Source: Marsupella aquatica (Eukaryota > Plantae > Marchantiophyta). From it: a stretch of DNA of 64,000 bases. The position numbers and the translations under genes were made by a program. Below are positions 48,801 to 63,200 of this stretch, piece by piece. Numbering within the stretch: the stretch's first letter is position 1; every line of letters begins with the position of its first letter. The stretch lies in NCBI GenBank assembly GCA_973895155.1, contig OZ316894.1, positions 25,170,709 through 25,234,708 of the forward strand, written 5' to 3'. The notes under the pieces are model-generated. The model did not search any database. It was not told the DNA's origin and saw only the letters and a program-made list of their open reading frames with translations.

Positions 48801-50691
48801 CATCTCTCCTGCACGGCTGGCGGTTTCTCGAACAATGCTGCTGAAGTATGGTCTAGGCAATTGTTGCCGCTTGTTTTTGGCAGATGGGACTACTTTTTCA
48901 CTTTTGCCTCTCAAGGACGGTGCTCAAAAGAGTGTCATAACTGAAGTGGCTGCTAAAGCGGATGTCAAGGTTCTTCCCGAGCAAACTGAAAGTCATGGAA
49001 GGCATACAGGTATTATCGTAGAACGAGTTCATCCAATGTCTAAGTAGTCAGTGGAATTCGTCTCACCACTTGAGCGATTTGCTGAAATATTCACTATGAA
49101 GCTGAGCTCTTCTCTGGTGAAGGTCGTGCTATGTCAAGCACCAAACGATATACTTTCCGGAATGAGGTTTCTTATGCTCAGATATAGCAATTCTTAGAAT
49201 TGTAGCTGAGCTAATAGTTTGTGAACAATTTCAGCCATTTCTGGCGATGGAGCTTAGCGATGTAAGAACTGTTGTGGGAAGTTGACTCGTGCATAGAGGA
49301 CACTTGATGACTCAAAATTACAATCCCCATTTTCTTCTGCAGGCTATACTTATGTTGACTCAAATTATTATGGGGAGTGGAAGTCTAGGAAGACGGCCAA
49401 AGAGAAAAAGGCAGCTAAACGACTGAAGTATCTTGAGGACGCTCTTGACCGAGTTGGTGGCAGAGAGTCAGAGCTTCTTTACTATGGCAAGTCTTCTGGG
49501 GTTGTTGGTATGAAGGTTGCTGAGGTGTTCGGTAAATCTTGCACTGGTGACGCTTTGGACAACGGATATGATAAGGTTTGGCTTTTTCAAGACCTTCCTA
49601 TCTGTTGAGTGCTGCTCTAGTCATGAGAAGATACTGCAGGTCAAGAGCCGTTGGAAATGGGGCAGATTTGTACGAAGAAGGTCTCAATATGTGTTATTTA
49701 GTAATTTTCAATTCGTAGGACAGTACTGAAAAGGTTGCATGCCATGGCAGGTTCTGGTGGATGCGGAGTGCACGCATGATGGTTCATTAAAGCACATTTA
49801 CAAGTATGAGGAATGGGGCTGGGACACATTTGAGCGACGGTTCTTCAATTCTGAGCGGATGACTTCACTTACTTCTCTACAGGTATTCCCAAGAGAGACA
49901 CACTGCCGAAGAGAGATTGCTAAGAGGAGGCACCGACAGTGGATTCCTCTTACTCCAGTTTCTCTGACGTGTTCAGTACCATGTCACTATTTTTGAATTC
50001 TTTGGAATATCTGATCTGCAGTTATCCCTCCTGAGCAATGGCTTCAGATTGTTGAAGGTTGGAGGGACTCTCGTTTACAGCACATGCAGGTAGGTCATTT
50101 CCTTCCAGCTGAGTTAAGAGCGAATGCCACTTTGAGTACTGTGTGGACTTTTACCTTGTTACAAGTGTATTGAAGACGTCGTAAAGTGACTTACTGAAGG
50201 TGATGGTTTATGGCAGCTTTACAGTAGCCCAAAATGAGGACGTGGTGAAGAGCTTTCTTGCCATACATCGGAATGCAGGTAAAATACTGGTGTCCTTGCG
50301 GAGCTATTCGTATTCGTATTCTTATTCAATTGTGTCTGCAAAGTGAGCCTCGATGGTGAGGGGTCAGGGAACCCAATGCTATTGCGTGTCCTATCTATAG
50401 CAATCCTTCCTTGGGAATTCTGCTCACTATGTCGAGGATTCATCGTGTGGTTTATATCTTTTGAGGGCTCTGATTGTAGTGAAATAAACTTTGTACATTA
50501 CATCAAGTATTTCAAGCTTGATCATAATTCAATGTATCTTCTTTGACAAAATAACAGAGCTACAGAAGATAAATGGTGCAAAGCTTTGGCCTTGCAAAGC
50601 TGGCGGACTTCCACACTCTCTCCGCTTTGACCCATTTGTGTCAAACACGAGTGGACTCTTCATTGCAAAAATATCAAGATTGGGTACTTGA
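45824..50691 (+). CDS. NOL1/NOP2/Sun (NSUN/RsmB-F family) RNA m5C methyltransferase, 9 exons; start may be ATG 45824 or 46076
   Basis: Exon 1 ends at 46212, then 48177-48321, 48501-48592, 48740-49009, 49343-49574, 49751-49882, 50022-50089, 50217-50278, ~50558-50691. Motifs HVLDLCAAPGAK, YDKVLVDAECTHDG, LLKVGGTLVYSTCS, QNEDVV, TSGLFIAKI. Confidence 0.9.
46526..47059 (-). CDS. Basic 177 aa protein with conserved-looking C-terminus, nested antisense in intron 1 of the methyltransferase
   Basis: ATG-initiated uninterrupted ORF with a coiled-coil N-terminus and NLS-like Lys clusters. Ends KKKRKKLHWGMEIKERWERKANM*, resembling a plant uncharacterised family ending HWGLDTKERWERKANM (recalled, not searched). 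Confidence 0.8.
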   Translation of the reverse strand: MDLSDLAAQGSDHQKRSKGLTLEQQRKLEELRERRLQLQKAQDVANSRKKKRKKGKKSNVLHPEAADGASEQQQDHPTVEGDTTTTQMAAKFGSEQRHIFAVNAETGKAGEGSFSHPSEAAGGERLLSIEPLTTEKSLSGIVVVPVKTPVVPPPKKKRKKLHWGMEIKERWERKANM

Positions 50692-51299
50692 TTTTCAGCA
50701 ATTGAAGCATACGACATTGCAACCCCTGGCAGAAATTTCCAGACCCATTAGGAGGTATGCGTGAGATGGAATGTGGTTCTTTGTCAGTTCATCAGCCGAT
50801 GTTCATTTTTTCCGAATCACATTTGGCATTGAAGATGGACTCAAACCTTTGCTGCAGTGTTACACTGTTGATTGATAGTCTTGCACTGGTACTCGGGTTC
50901 CAGGTTGAGCTGTCAGGAGCAGTATATCTCGTGCCTCAGCTGGTACCACAATTCTGGGAAGCGGCAGCTGCAGGTCAATTAATCTGGGATGTTGTTCCAA
51001 TGTCTGGAACGCAACTGTGGAGGACACGGTGAAGGGTGAAATGAAGTTTCTCGGAGCAATGTAAGCTTTTCCTGCGTATGCAAAATAAAACCACGAAGGA
51101 GGGAAATCTGGATAGGATTTGTTCACTCTTCAGTTGTTCTTGTAATATTGAGCTTATGTGATTCCTTCAAAGGCAGCCCAACCTCACTAGTAATGGGTGA
51201 TAGAAACCTACTTTTATGGCCTAGGTCTAGGGGAAGCCACTACAGTAGATCTTTATCTCTGCTTGGGTCACTTAATTGGGTGCAGGGAAAAGAAAAATA

Positions 51300-51485
51300 A
51301 AGAACATTTTTCTTGCAAGGTTTTTTGTACTAATAAGTGGGGACAAATAATAAATGAATATGAATGGTAAGAAATCTTTTTCTTGCAAAGTGGTTTTTTC
51401 TAATGAATGGGGACAAATCATAAATGAATATGAATGGTAAGGAATATTTTTCTTGCAAGGTTTGTGTTTTCTCAAAAGAATGGGT
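51300..51485. repeat. Tandem repeat, ~70 bp unit, about 2.5 copies
   Basis: tttttcttgcaa...tggggacaaat..taaatgaatatgaatggtaag is repeated. Confidence 0.85.
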
Positions 51486-53421
51486 AGACAGGCTAGGTGA
51501 GGACAGGTAGTCAGGCTGGTCAGGATGTATTGCATGCAGGCCAGATTTTGGGGTCAATCAAATTTACCACACAGAGCGTGATGCTCAAAATTGATAGATG
51601 GTGGTGACCTCCTGATCACAAAGAAACACACTGCATAAATTGTTGGTTGGACGGTGCTGGATTCTGTGTTACACAAATGCTCTTACACAAGTCACTCTCG
51701 TTAATGCCCTGTATTCTGGGGTAAAGTGTCAGTGAAAGAGCCCATTACCACTTTGGCGTGGATGCCAGCAGAGCCTAGTTATGTACTACCACAAAAGTGA
51801 CACCTCCTTCCCAAAAGTAGCCAATCCTTTTTACTTTTGGGGTGTAAACTGGCTGATTGTGTAGTCCATGTAGATGAGCAGGGACAACATCTCTAATCTG
51901 GGTTAAAGTTTCTTTCGAAAGCACTCTACAACACTTTGTCAGTAAGGTCCAATTTTTCATTATTATTTGTTCAGTGCACGACCTGGGATCACAATAATTG
52001 TCTTTGCCCAAACTTAGTGCCAGGGGATTGTGTTTGAAACTTGCAGAAAACACAGTTGGAACAAAACTGTGAATTTCTGGGAACACAATGTCAATTTCAC
52101 ATAGTACCTGGATGCCGTGTTAGAATGTGGCCTTCTGCTTAAAATGTTGGCCTACAATTCAAACATCTGGCTTAACTTGAGCCAACAATAATCACCAAGC
52201 CAGAATTTGAAGCAGCCAATTTGTAAACACAATGTCTTGTTTTAGAAGATAGCATCATGACCTTAAAAACTCTAGTATAGTCTTTGCAAATTGGAAAAAG
52301 CGCCCAGGGCAATTCAAATCGAGCACCAATGAGTGGTGACAAACTCACATATCAAAGGAAAAACCAGAGGATAGAGGATGCCCAATTCACCTGGAATTAT
52401 ACACTACCATAAGATAAATATGTGAGCTGTCACCCGTAACACCATGGATCTCCACATGTAGAGTTACAAATGAGTGGTTGAAACCACGACTTCCCTCTTT
52501 TTCCATATTTCAATCACTATTTTCCTTTAGCATGTCAGTTTGCTCCACAATTTCAGAAAAAATCTCCTTTTAATGGTAACTATGGATAACCCGTAGCTTT
52601 TGAAGGGCAGTTGTGCTTTAAAAAAACAGTGATAGTGTTAATGCTACACTTGGGGGGGATTTAGTGCTAGTAAGCCCCATATTTATAGTAAACACTAATT
52701 TCAGATAATGCTATTTCGAGATAACTTTCTATGTACTGTAATAAAGTGCTGTCAAAAACTACGATACAAGCCTATGGTCTAAAGTGAAGCCTATCTCGAC
52801 CATCACTCTGGGACATAGCTACAGCAAGGGGTGGAATGGGAAACAAGTATGATGGCACTTGCCATCTGTTTATGAGGAAGGGCATTCAGGTTGGTAATAG
52901 TAATTATTGCAACAATGTACAGTAGACAAGTACCATTGTACCCAAATTCATGGTTTTTTTTTTTGCTTTTGCAATCAAAGGTGCATTGTGTATATGTGGG
53001 GCCAGGGCATTGTCAGGCAAAAACAGTATCCTAGCGTTCTTTGAGATATCTGGAGAGAGGTAATCATCTAGATCCAGCTCAATAAGACAATTCATTTTAA
53101 TTGACTAGAGATGACGCTATAGTCTGTTGGCCTCATGAGGTTTATATTCGAATTTGACCAGGATTTGGTATTATTAGTCACATTATCTCTACTTTTTCAG
53201 GGAAACCCATATTTAGTTTTCCAGGCATGGCGTATGTGTGATGAGTATTGGAGTTCTTGGATTTATTGTATGACTGTGCTTACTTCACCATGCCTGGATA
53301 ACCAAATTGCACGGCTACCATGATTATAGTGGTGCCTATTGGAAAAAAAGAATTTTAGTTGGACCATCCTAAAGCTCGGGCCTAAAGCTTTGGTCTGACA
53401 ATATATTTGTGTCAGTAGGAG

Positions 53422-53776
53422 TGTTGGGAAAACTGGTACAATACAACCAAAAGCACAAATAGCAAGCATATGCACACCAACACCAAGAGATATATGTGGT
53501 TCATCTTTGTCAAGGCTATGTACACAGACTGCTAGAGCCTTACTAAGCTTTGGTCACCATGGCTACACAAAACCTCATTGTACAAGCTCTTCTCCTAGCA
53601 CCTAGCTAGCTCCCTCAACAATGAGCATGAGTTTAGAAGAAGAGCCAGCATGAGTCTAGAAGAAGAGCCCCTCTATATGCTAGATACTAGAGTTGCGACT
53701 AATAACCATTAGCACCCTAATGGTGGTTTAGCCTAATTAGCTTGAAGTTCACCCAAGACTAGAGTTAAGTCTAACA
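53422..53776 (-). mobile_element. Solo LTR (355 bp) with perfect 5-bp TSD
   Basis: TGTTGGG...CTAACA termini (TG..CA with TGTT/AACA inverted ends). AGGAG at 53417-53421 and 53777-53781. Homologous to 39478-39826 in opposite orientation. Confidence 0.88.
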
Positions 53777-54406
53777 AGGAGAAATTTGTGCATGAATGAC
53801 CTTGTTAAGAATGCTCGACGGCTTGTCAAGTTGAAATCCAAGTGCAAAGTTGACAAATGTTCCTGCCTTTGACTCATTTAGTGCCTAGGTTCAATTAGTG
53901 ACTATTTTCAGTTCATAGTTGCCCCATTCTTGTGATTTCGATGTATTGTCACTTATCCCCTTGGAGAGGTATAGAGGCTTCACTCAGTACCCTGAAGAGT
54001 GGATTTGCATTGCCCTATTTTAGTATGTAATTTAAATACAATGTAAACACGGATAAATCAACATCCGATGCAATATTGCTAAAATACGTATTGTATGTCT
54101 ATTTCCCAGTTTCACTCTCTGAGAAATCCAGTCAGGTTTAGGTTTTCAGTTTTCGTGTTGGGGTTTGCTGCCGATTGCCTTCGTTCTCGCCGCCATAGCT
54201 GCGGCATTCCTGCTGCCGATCGACTCGCCCGTGGTGTGCTGCTGCATTCGCTGGAGGATCCAATTATTGATACACATACAGGAGGGACCGGAAGAATATA
54301 AGGCACTTCGGAGTGTTCTCTGATTTTTTTGGGTTTCGTTCCTGTCACCGGCTTCGAAGGGTTGGTCGATTTGTCAAATTGTCGTTGTTTGTGGAATTCC
54401 TTCATC

Positions 54407-55323
<917 letters not shown>

Positions 55324-57291
55324 GGAAGAACGAGCGGATGCCTTAATTTGGCGGAGATAGTTGTAGCTTTAGACAGTGAAATGGTGCCTTCTCTTGAGGG
55401 GAGATTTTTGAAGAGTCTGACTGGAAATTTAAGCTGTCTTCCACGCAAACACATTCATGTTATGCTCTGCCTTCGCAGTCGTGACTATCAGAAATTGGTT
55501 GTTCTTGGAAGCTGTAACAAAGATAGCGTCGAGGTTACAGGAGTACTCATTAAAGCAAAGGTTTACCTAGGTGTGATCCAGTCATTGGTTTCTGTTACTT
55601 TTGACTATAATGAAATATTTAACGCTTCGATTTTGGTGAATTTTCATGAAAGTGCATACGGTACCAGTGGTTTAGGTTGCTGAAAAGTGTGAGGGCCTGC
55701 TTCTGTGCAAAGTGCATGTTCGAGTCTGAGGAGGGTTCCATTTCACGCCTCAAAACTGTTTCTAGACGCCATGAAGCTTTGATGAATTTTCAGCTTTGGA
55801 GTGTTTTGCAGACCACTGTGACCCTTGCAAGTTCAAGGGACTTCTGCAACTGTACGCCAGTCGAAAAGCTAGAAGTGGAAATTTCTTGAAATGAACGCAC
55901 TTGATGTGCTAGTGGGGATCTTCTTAAATGACAGGAAATCAGTTTAAAAGGACGCTTGATTGAGAGTCTTTAACAAACAATCTATAAGGTCCCGGACAAG
56001 TTCCAGGACATGTGGGAGGCCGGCCGATGAAGAAGTCCCTTGGGATGATCGATTTCCAGTCATGGGTCCGGCAAATGAGGAATCATGAATTATCTTTGCC
56101 TTGTACGGTATTGTAGTCGCTTTCATCGGAGCTTCCAGACTCGAGTCTGATTGAGATAAAGAGTGCTAGATGACATGTCCAAGGTCCAAACTTTCTGGAA
56201 ACGTAGGAGACCAAGTCCGTTGGGAATCTCGTAAATGGGATCTCGAATCATAGCAGTCCGACAAACGTGGAAAGCATCACTTCTGCCTTCTACTTTCGCT
56301 TTCATAGACTTAGAAACGACGTTGTCGAAGCATAATCCATGATAAATAATCGATGAAACAAGGGGCGAGCACGCCGAAGGCATTGGGGAGGCTAAGTTTA
56401 TTAAAATGAATTTTACTGGGGAGTTGAAGGATTGGACTGGTTTCAGAAATCTCCAGGTTTGATTGGCCAACAACCAATCCGAAACTTTGAAGGTGTGAGT
56501 TCCAGTTTCTTAAATTACATTCAACTCGACCTATATCCTTCGAATGATGTTGGCTTGTCCAATCTAATCCTACAACTGTTGGCAGGGCCTGAGGAGTCTA
56601 CCACGAAAACAATGATAAGCCTTTCAGCTAAAGAGTGAGAATGATTCGACTAACGATCCCTGAACCCAAACGCACGATCGGTGCTACGTACTGCTGAAGA
56701 CCAACTCATAATGGAGTTGTCAGCTTGAAGCGTAATTGAGAATGGTTCTTAGATGCATTGACCCTTCTTTCTTAGATTCAGATGTAGACGGCGTTTCGAG
56801 CCAGGCAGATCCCTTTCTCTCTTTCCTTTCCATCTTCCATGCAGCAATTTCAGTGTTTTGGATCGGGGAGATCTGGACTAGCACTGTCCATCACTGCGCG
56901 ATTTTTGTTCTAAATTGATGACTAGAGCACTTCCTGGTGAACACATGTGCTAAGCTCTTGATCACTCACACACGATGGCGTCTTCTACTTCCTCCTCGCT
57001 CAGCTGCCTGTCTCTTTGGAAAGAGGGTCATGGTTCAAAGCGTGGCCAAGTCTGTCAGGGAAGTTCTCAAAGACAGACAGCAACACCTGAAGACAGAGGG
57101 CCACTGATGAAGTAAGTGCACTATCAATTTGTGATTTTTTCGCAAGTGCTGTTTATCTTTGAATTCCTTCTCTTGCTCCTGGTATTCAGCTGTCTTGTCT
57201 TGATTCTCAATTGCGCCCCCGATGTCCCTCCAGGAGTTTCGTGTGCTGTTGGCAAATTCTCAAATTCAAATCCAAAATTCAACAGGTATGT

Positions 57292-60200
57292 TCAATGGTT
57301 CTCAGTTCCTCCGGAAACTTGGACGCGATTTTGAAGGTCGACGAGGTTGGCGTATCTGCCACCTAGATTGAGAAGGTCCGAGTGGGAACCTTGTTCAACA
57401 ACGTTCCCATCGTGCAGCACAGCAATGGAGCCTGCACCCCGGATAGTGCTGAGACGATGCGCTACAACAACTGTTGTTCTGCCCTTCATCAACCGCTCTA
57501 GTGCCTCTTGGACAGTCTTCTCCGATTCAGCATCCAAAGCAGAGGTGGCTTCATCCAAGAGGAAGATGGCAGGGTCCTTGAGCACGGCACGCGCGATGGC
57601 AATGCGTTGCTTCTGTCCACCGGAGAGCTGTACACCCTTTTCGCCCACCTGAGTCTTGTAACCATTGGGAAGGGCGCTGATAAACTTGTGCGCATTCGCA
57701 GCTTTCGCTGCCTCGATTATTTCTGCTTCACTGGCTCCTTCTTTTCCGTAGAGAATGTTTTCGTAAATAGTGGTGGCAAAGAGAGCTGGCTCCTGCTGTA
57801 CTAGTGCAATGTGCTGGCGTAGCACTAGCAAATTGTACTTCCTGATGTCCATTCCATCGACAAGAACCTCCCCAGCTATAGGATCGTAAAACCTTTCGAT
57901 TAAGGATATGACAGAGCTTTTCCCAGACCCGCTAGCTCCTACAAGCGCAAGGCTGTTGCCAGAAAGGACCGTCAAATTGAACTTCATCAACACAATGACG
58001 TCTGGTCTCGATGGATACGCCAGTGTAACGTCATTCAGCTCGATGTGTCCCTGAAGTTTTCCAACCTTTCTCCCTTGACTATCGTTTGGCTCGATCTGTG
58101 TCACGCGATCCAGGACCTGAAACACCGATGTCACAGCTTGTCTTGCTCGGGCAACGGTCGGCACAACTGTTAGGGTTTCTGCTATGGAGAAACTGCTGGT
58201 GACCATGATCATGAAAGCCTTCGCACATGCCCCAAAAGTGGCCAGTTTTTTGTCCACCAGGAAGCCGGAGTACCATAGCAACAATGCATACGACGAAAAT
58301 TGAAGGTATTGAGAAAATCCGTATCCGAACCCGGCCACTTGCCCTCTCCAGAAGCTCTGCTTTGCAGGTCCTTCTAATTCGAGCGCGTAGAGGGCTCTGA
58401 CCTTCTCCTCTGCATTCAATGCTGCCATAGTCCGGATGTTAGCTACTGCCTCTCCCGCTATTCGAGTTGCTCTTGAGTATGCCTTGGCCTTGTCTCCAGC
58501 GAACCCATTGAGACCCCAACTCTGCACATATTGATTCGGTTGTGAATAAGTCGTTGAGCAAGAGACTTGGCCCACTTTTGAAAAGATAGCTGCATGCCTT
58601 GTTTTACAACGTATTCCTGAACTTATTTGAGTGACAGAGAGGACTGCGAGGCCTGCAAGGAATCGAATTGAGGATCAGTTAGACTCACCTCTGCTACAAA
58701 TGCAAGCGTGACCGTTGGCAGTAGACCTATCATAACAAGCCCTATCCTCCATTCCGTGGTCAAAGTGAGCAGGAATGCGAGCAACAGAACCGTGAAATTC
58801 TGTAAGAGGACGGAACACGTATCTCCAATTGCAACTCTGACGTCGGCTGCATCCGAGGCCAGACGACCTGCTACTTGACTGCTGTTATTATCATCTTTGT
58901 CGAACCATCCCGGCTCGTTTCTCAAGATTGCTGTCAAGACCTCATCGATCAACCTCATCAGCACAAAGCAATGTTTGACAACGGAGCTCAATTCCTACTG
59001 AAGTTTAGCAAAGTCTACAGCATACGTTTATGAAATTTCTCCACATGATCAGATTGTATGCACAGTACATGAAAGCCGGGCCTGCAAAGAGCTTGGATCA
59101 CACAGCCATTTAACAGTACTGGCTTTCAGGAAAAATCTGGCTTACTGATCATAAATTCTTTATACGTTAACTAGTTGGCGCTTGGCACTTACTCGCAAAC
59201 ATCTTCTCTCGAACACGGGTAACAAGTCCTTCGCCTACGATCGCCAGAGGGTAGTGTTGAAGGATAAAAATGAAAGGCGCGGCAACACCGATGGCAATAA
59301 AGATCATGAAGCACTGCAGAATGCCTCTCTTCATGGACTCATTGTCTGTTCTGTAGTAAACTGACAACATCTGTCCCAGGACTATTGCAATGCTCGGATG
59401 TATGCTGCCAGCTAAAGCCGAACCTATTATACCAGCACAGGAATACATCCAATCCTCCTTGGTCATCGCTATAAGTTTTCTGAATGGTCCGACTGGCGCG
59501 CTCTCACGTTCCTCCTTTTGCTTGGGTTCTTTGTCTTTCTCTGTACTACCATCATCTGATCGGCTCGGTCTAATGCGCAAAGGGGATCTCTGGGAGCCTG
59601 GGGAGGCACCTCCAAAAGATCCCGCCGATGACCTACAGAATGTTCAGGATTTCAGTGCAATTTCACAATCACGATTAAAGACCGAAAGCCTACTAAGTGG
59701 TTCACATTTCTCAATTCATGAACTCGAGCTGCTAGAATGCTAAGCAAATCTCTATCTAGTCATGCTCTTTTCGCAGTCAATGGCAGGTTATTCGACCCAA
59801 TTTGATTCAAAACTTAGATCAGAAATAAGCAGATTGTCAGTTCCCAAGACATGTAGTTGAGATGCGAGACCTACTGTAGGTCCATTTCTCAGTCTCTTGA
59901 CTTAGCTGCCCAATGTGTGAGAGGTCTTCAACTCTTCGCTTTTAGTCCATATCTTTTAGTCTAGTTATTTTTCAATTCACACACGAGCCTCAAGATTATC
60001 TGCACTTTTGTTTTTGAGTAGGAAAGTGCACTGACGTACCTCCTAGAATATGGACTGCTTCCTTTCGGGCCACCAAAATTGTTGGTGGTGGAAGCTGCCA
60101 TTTGCTGCCGGTGTACCAAGGCAGAATAAGCACCATCTTCTCTAAGGACAAGGTCTTCGTGAGATCCAGTCTCTACAATCTGACCTTGCTGCACTACAGC

Positions 60201-63200
60201 TATAATATCCGCATTACGTACGGTGGAAAGACGATGTGCCACGACCACCGTCGTCCTTCCCACCATTATGCAATCGAGAGCCTTTTGTACCACCTGTTCT
60301 GAGCCTGCGTCCAAAGCGCTGGTGGCCTCATCCAGGAGCAGAACTCGGGGATTCCTCAACATGGCTCGAGCAATTGCTATGCGCTGTTTCTGTCCTCCTG
60401 AAAGCTGGATGCCTCCTTCTCCAACCTGCATTGCATTGCACGCCATGCGTCTACCGATCAAGCTCGATTAAACGTTAAGTTCATCCCATGAATTTTAATT
60501 TCAATCGTAAGAATGTCATGGACTCCTGACCCAAACAAGGAATGAAAGAAATTTATGAAGCACGAAAAAAGCATTGCTTCATATCATTGATAATGTTACA
60601 ACTTGTAGCTTCGTGCGCATCGTACCATTGTTTGATGTCCCTCTTTGGATTCATCGAGGACATCATCTATCCCGCAGAAGCATTTTGAGTTTTCTTGCAA
60701 TATTCATGGTGGAGTCTCTAGAGGGTACATATATAGGAAATATCGATCCATGAAGGCGGTTTGATATCTATTAGGAAAGCTGAGCTTATCCAACCACTTC
60801 AGCAAAGCAGCAAAGCCTAGCAGTAGCTTGAATTATTTAACAGACCTGAGTTTGATACCCCTCTGGAAGTTGGCTGACAAAGGAATGTACATTGGCCAAC
60901 TTGGCAGCGTCTTCAATCTCCCCCTGACTAGCATGATCGATGCCATACATAATGTTTGCAGCAATAGTTGTTGCGAACAATGAGGGTTCCTGGTTGACGA
61001 GCCCGATTTGTTTTCGCAACCACTTCAAGTTTAGCATTTTCAGGTCGTGACCATCGAGCAAAACCTCACCTACACAGCAGTCGACTTCTTCCTCAGTCCG
61101 TCTTTACCCTATTAGATTTGCACAATTCTAAAAAGTTCTGCTCAATAAAATATTTGCATTTGCATGGTATCTTTTCATGAATATTTGCATGGTATCTTTT
61201 CGTGAATATTTGCATCATGAAGTGTATAGGAAGCCTGACAATGAAGATATTTACCTCGAGTGGGATCATAGAAGCGTTCAATGAGGGATATGACGGTACT
61301 TTTCCCTGAACCACTGCTTCCAACAATGGCAACAGTCTGGCCCGGAGGAATGACGAGTGAGAAGTTGTGGAAGATGAGGGCATCTGGTCGTGACGGATAA
61401 TAAAAGTCCACATCGCGGAGCTCAATATGACCCTCGACAGCCTTCAGTATGCTACCATCTTTCTGGAGCCTATTGATAGTAGGCTCATGCCGCATAATCT
61501 TAAATATGTTGAAAGCCGCCGCTCGTGCGTTAGCGAAGGCTGAGAGATTCGGCAGTGCTTGTCCTAGCGATCTGTGTTCATGTTACTCGGTAATGGTCAG
61601 GAGTAGGCCGACACGAACAATTCAACACCTCATAGATAAAGTTGATGTGAATTAGAGAGAAATGATCGGAAGAATTGGAAGAACTGTTATTCCAAGAAAG
61701 ACTGGATCTATACTTTGCATTTACTTCTCTTTCCTGCCAATATATATAACATTTGATACATGATGCAGAATGTGAATCTTGTTACTTGTGCCTCAAAAGC
61801 CGTCAAGATCTTAATTTAGAACTTACATGCCTGAGCCAACCATGACAGCAAAAATGGCGGAGAGAGCTTCAGCACCATTGGTCTCTCCCTTGCGTATGAC
61901 AACGCCACCGTATATGAGCAACAAACCGTAACAGAAGTTAAGAGTTGTAAAAGTTACACCCATCCCGATACCCTTGGCCAGACCATATCTGGTCGTCAGC
62001 TTCAGATTCTTCTTTAAGGCGTCAGAGAAAGACTGGAGACATTTCGCCTCGCCCACAAACGAGTAAACGGTTCGAATTTGAGAAATGGCCTGCACTGACC
62101 AACAATTGTTTGATGCTAAGTACGTGTTCAGAATGTCGTTTCGCAGGAGGATCCAAAAAGAGCAAATAAACCTGCCTGCTGGTGACACGATATACGACAG
62201 TCAATTGAATATCCGATGACAAGCTGTTGCCGTATAGTTTTTGCGAGCTTTAGCAGAAAACAAGCTAGATCTCACTACCGGAAGGATCAAAATGTACCTG
62301 TTCTGCAATGCTTCCTGCTTCTGAGTAGGCAGATGCAGCTTGAGAAGTCAAACGAGTGAGATAATAAATCCAAACACCGGCCACCAATCCGATTGGCGGG
62401 ATGACAGCAAGGGTCAAAACTGCAATTCGCCACTGAATTTGGAGTGCAACGACGAAGCTCGCGACAAAAGTCGTAAAGTAGTGTATGGTGCTACCAGTCT
62501 GCGTACATGTAGACATAAACCAAATCGAATGAATCTGGTAACATTTTATCATCATCTACAACTAAGGCAGTAATGATCTGAACACATGGTTTACTTCTAA
62601 ACCGCAAGCTCATGTGGCTCGAATCCGACTTTGAAAAGTAAAGTGGACTCCACCTTTTCGCCGATTGCGTCCTGCACCAGGACGGGATCACAAGCTATGC
62701 TGTTCACAAAGTCTCCTGTGCTGGCATCAGTGTCAAAATATGATACATCTTGTCGCAGCAAAGCTTGAAGGTACTTGATCCTCAGTTTCGCTGACTGCCT
62801 CTCTCCAGTTTGGATCCAAAGCGATACCTCTGTATAATATACGACATAGATTTGTGCAAGACATTAGACGATCGTGTTCTAACTCCCACGAAAAACCCCG
62901 TTAGATATAGTCACATAAATCTGGAGCTTTATTAGACAGGAGAACATTCCCAAAACTAATTTGGGGTAGGTTTAGAGTATGATTGTGACAGTACGTAGGG
63001 CATGGTGTCGAGATTGTACCAAGCCATGACGACAAAATGGCAGCCAGACCAATCAATTCAAAGTATACTGCATACTGCACACGACGCGGAAATGGTCAGC
63101 ACCAGATTTACACTTGACTAGTGACTGTTTAGGAGCAGATGCAGAGAACAGTGTCTGACAACAGTACTCCCAGTCTTCTGCTGGACTAGTTACCACTTAA

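Noticed and set aside
55900-57290. Short ORFs between RPS15 and ABCB
   Set aside because: No motifs or consistent exon chain; most simply convergent 3'UTR or intergenic sequence.
61150-61216. 23-bp tandem repeat in an ABCB intron
   Set aside because: Ordinary slippage duplication with no further structure.
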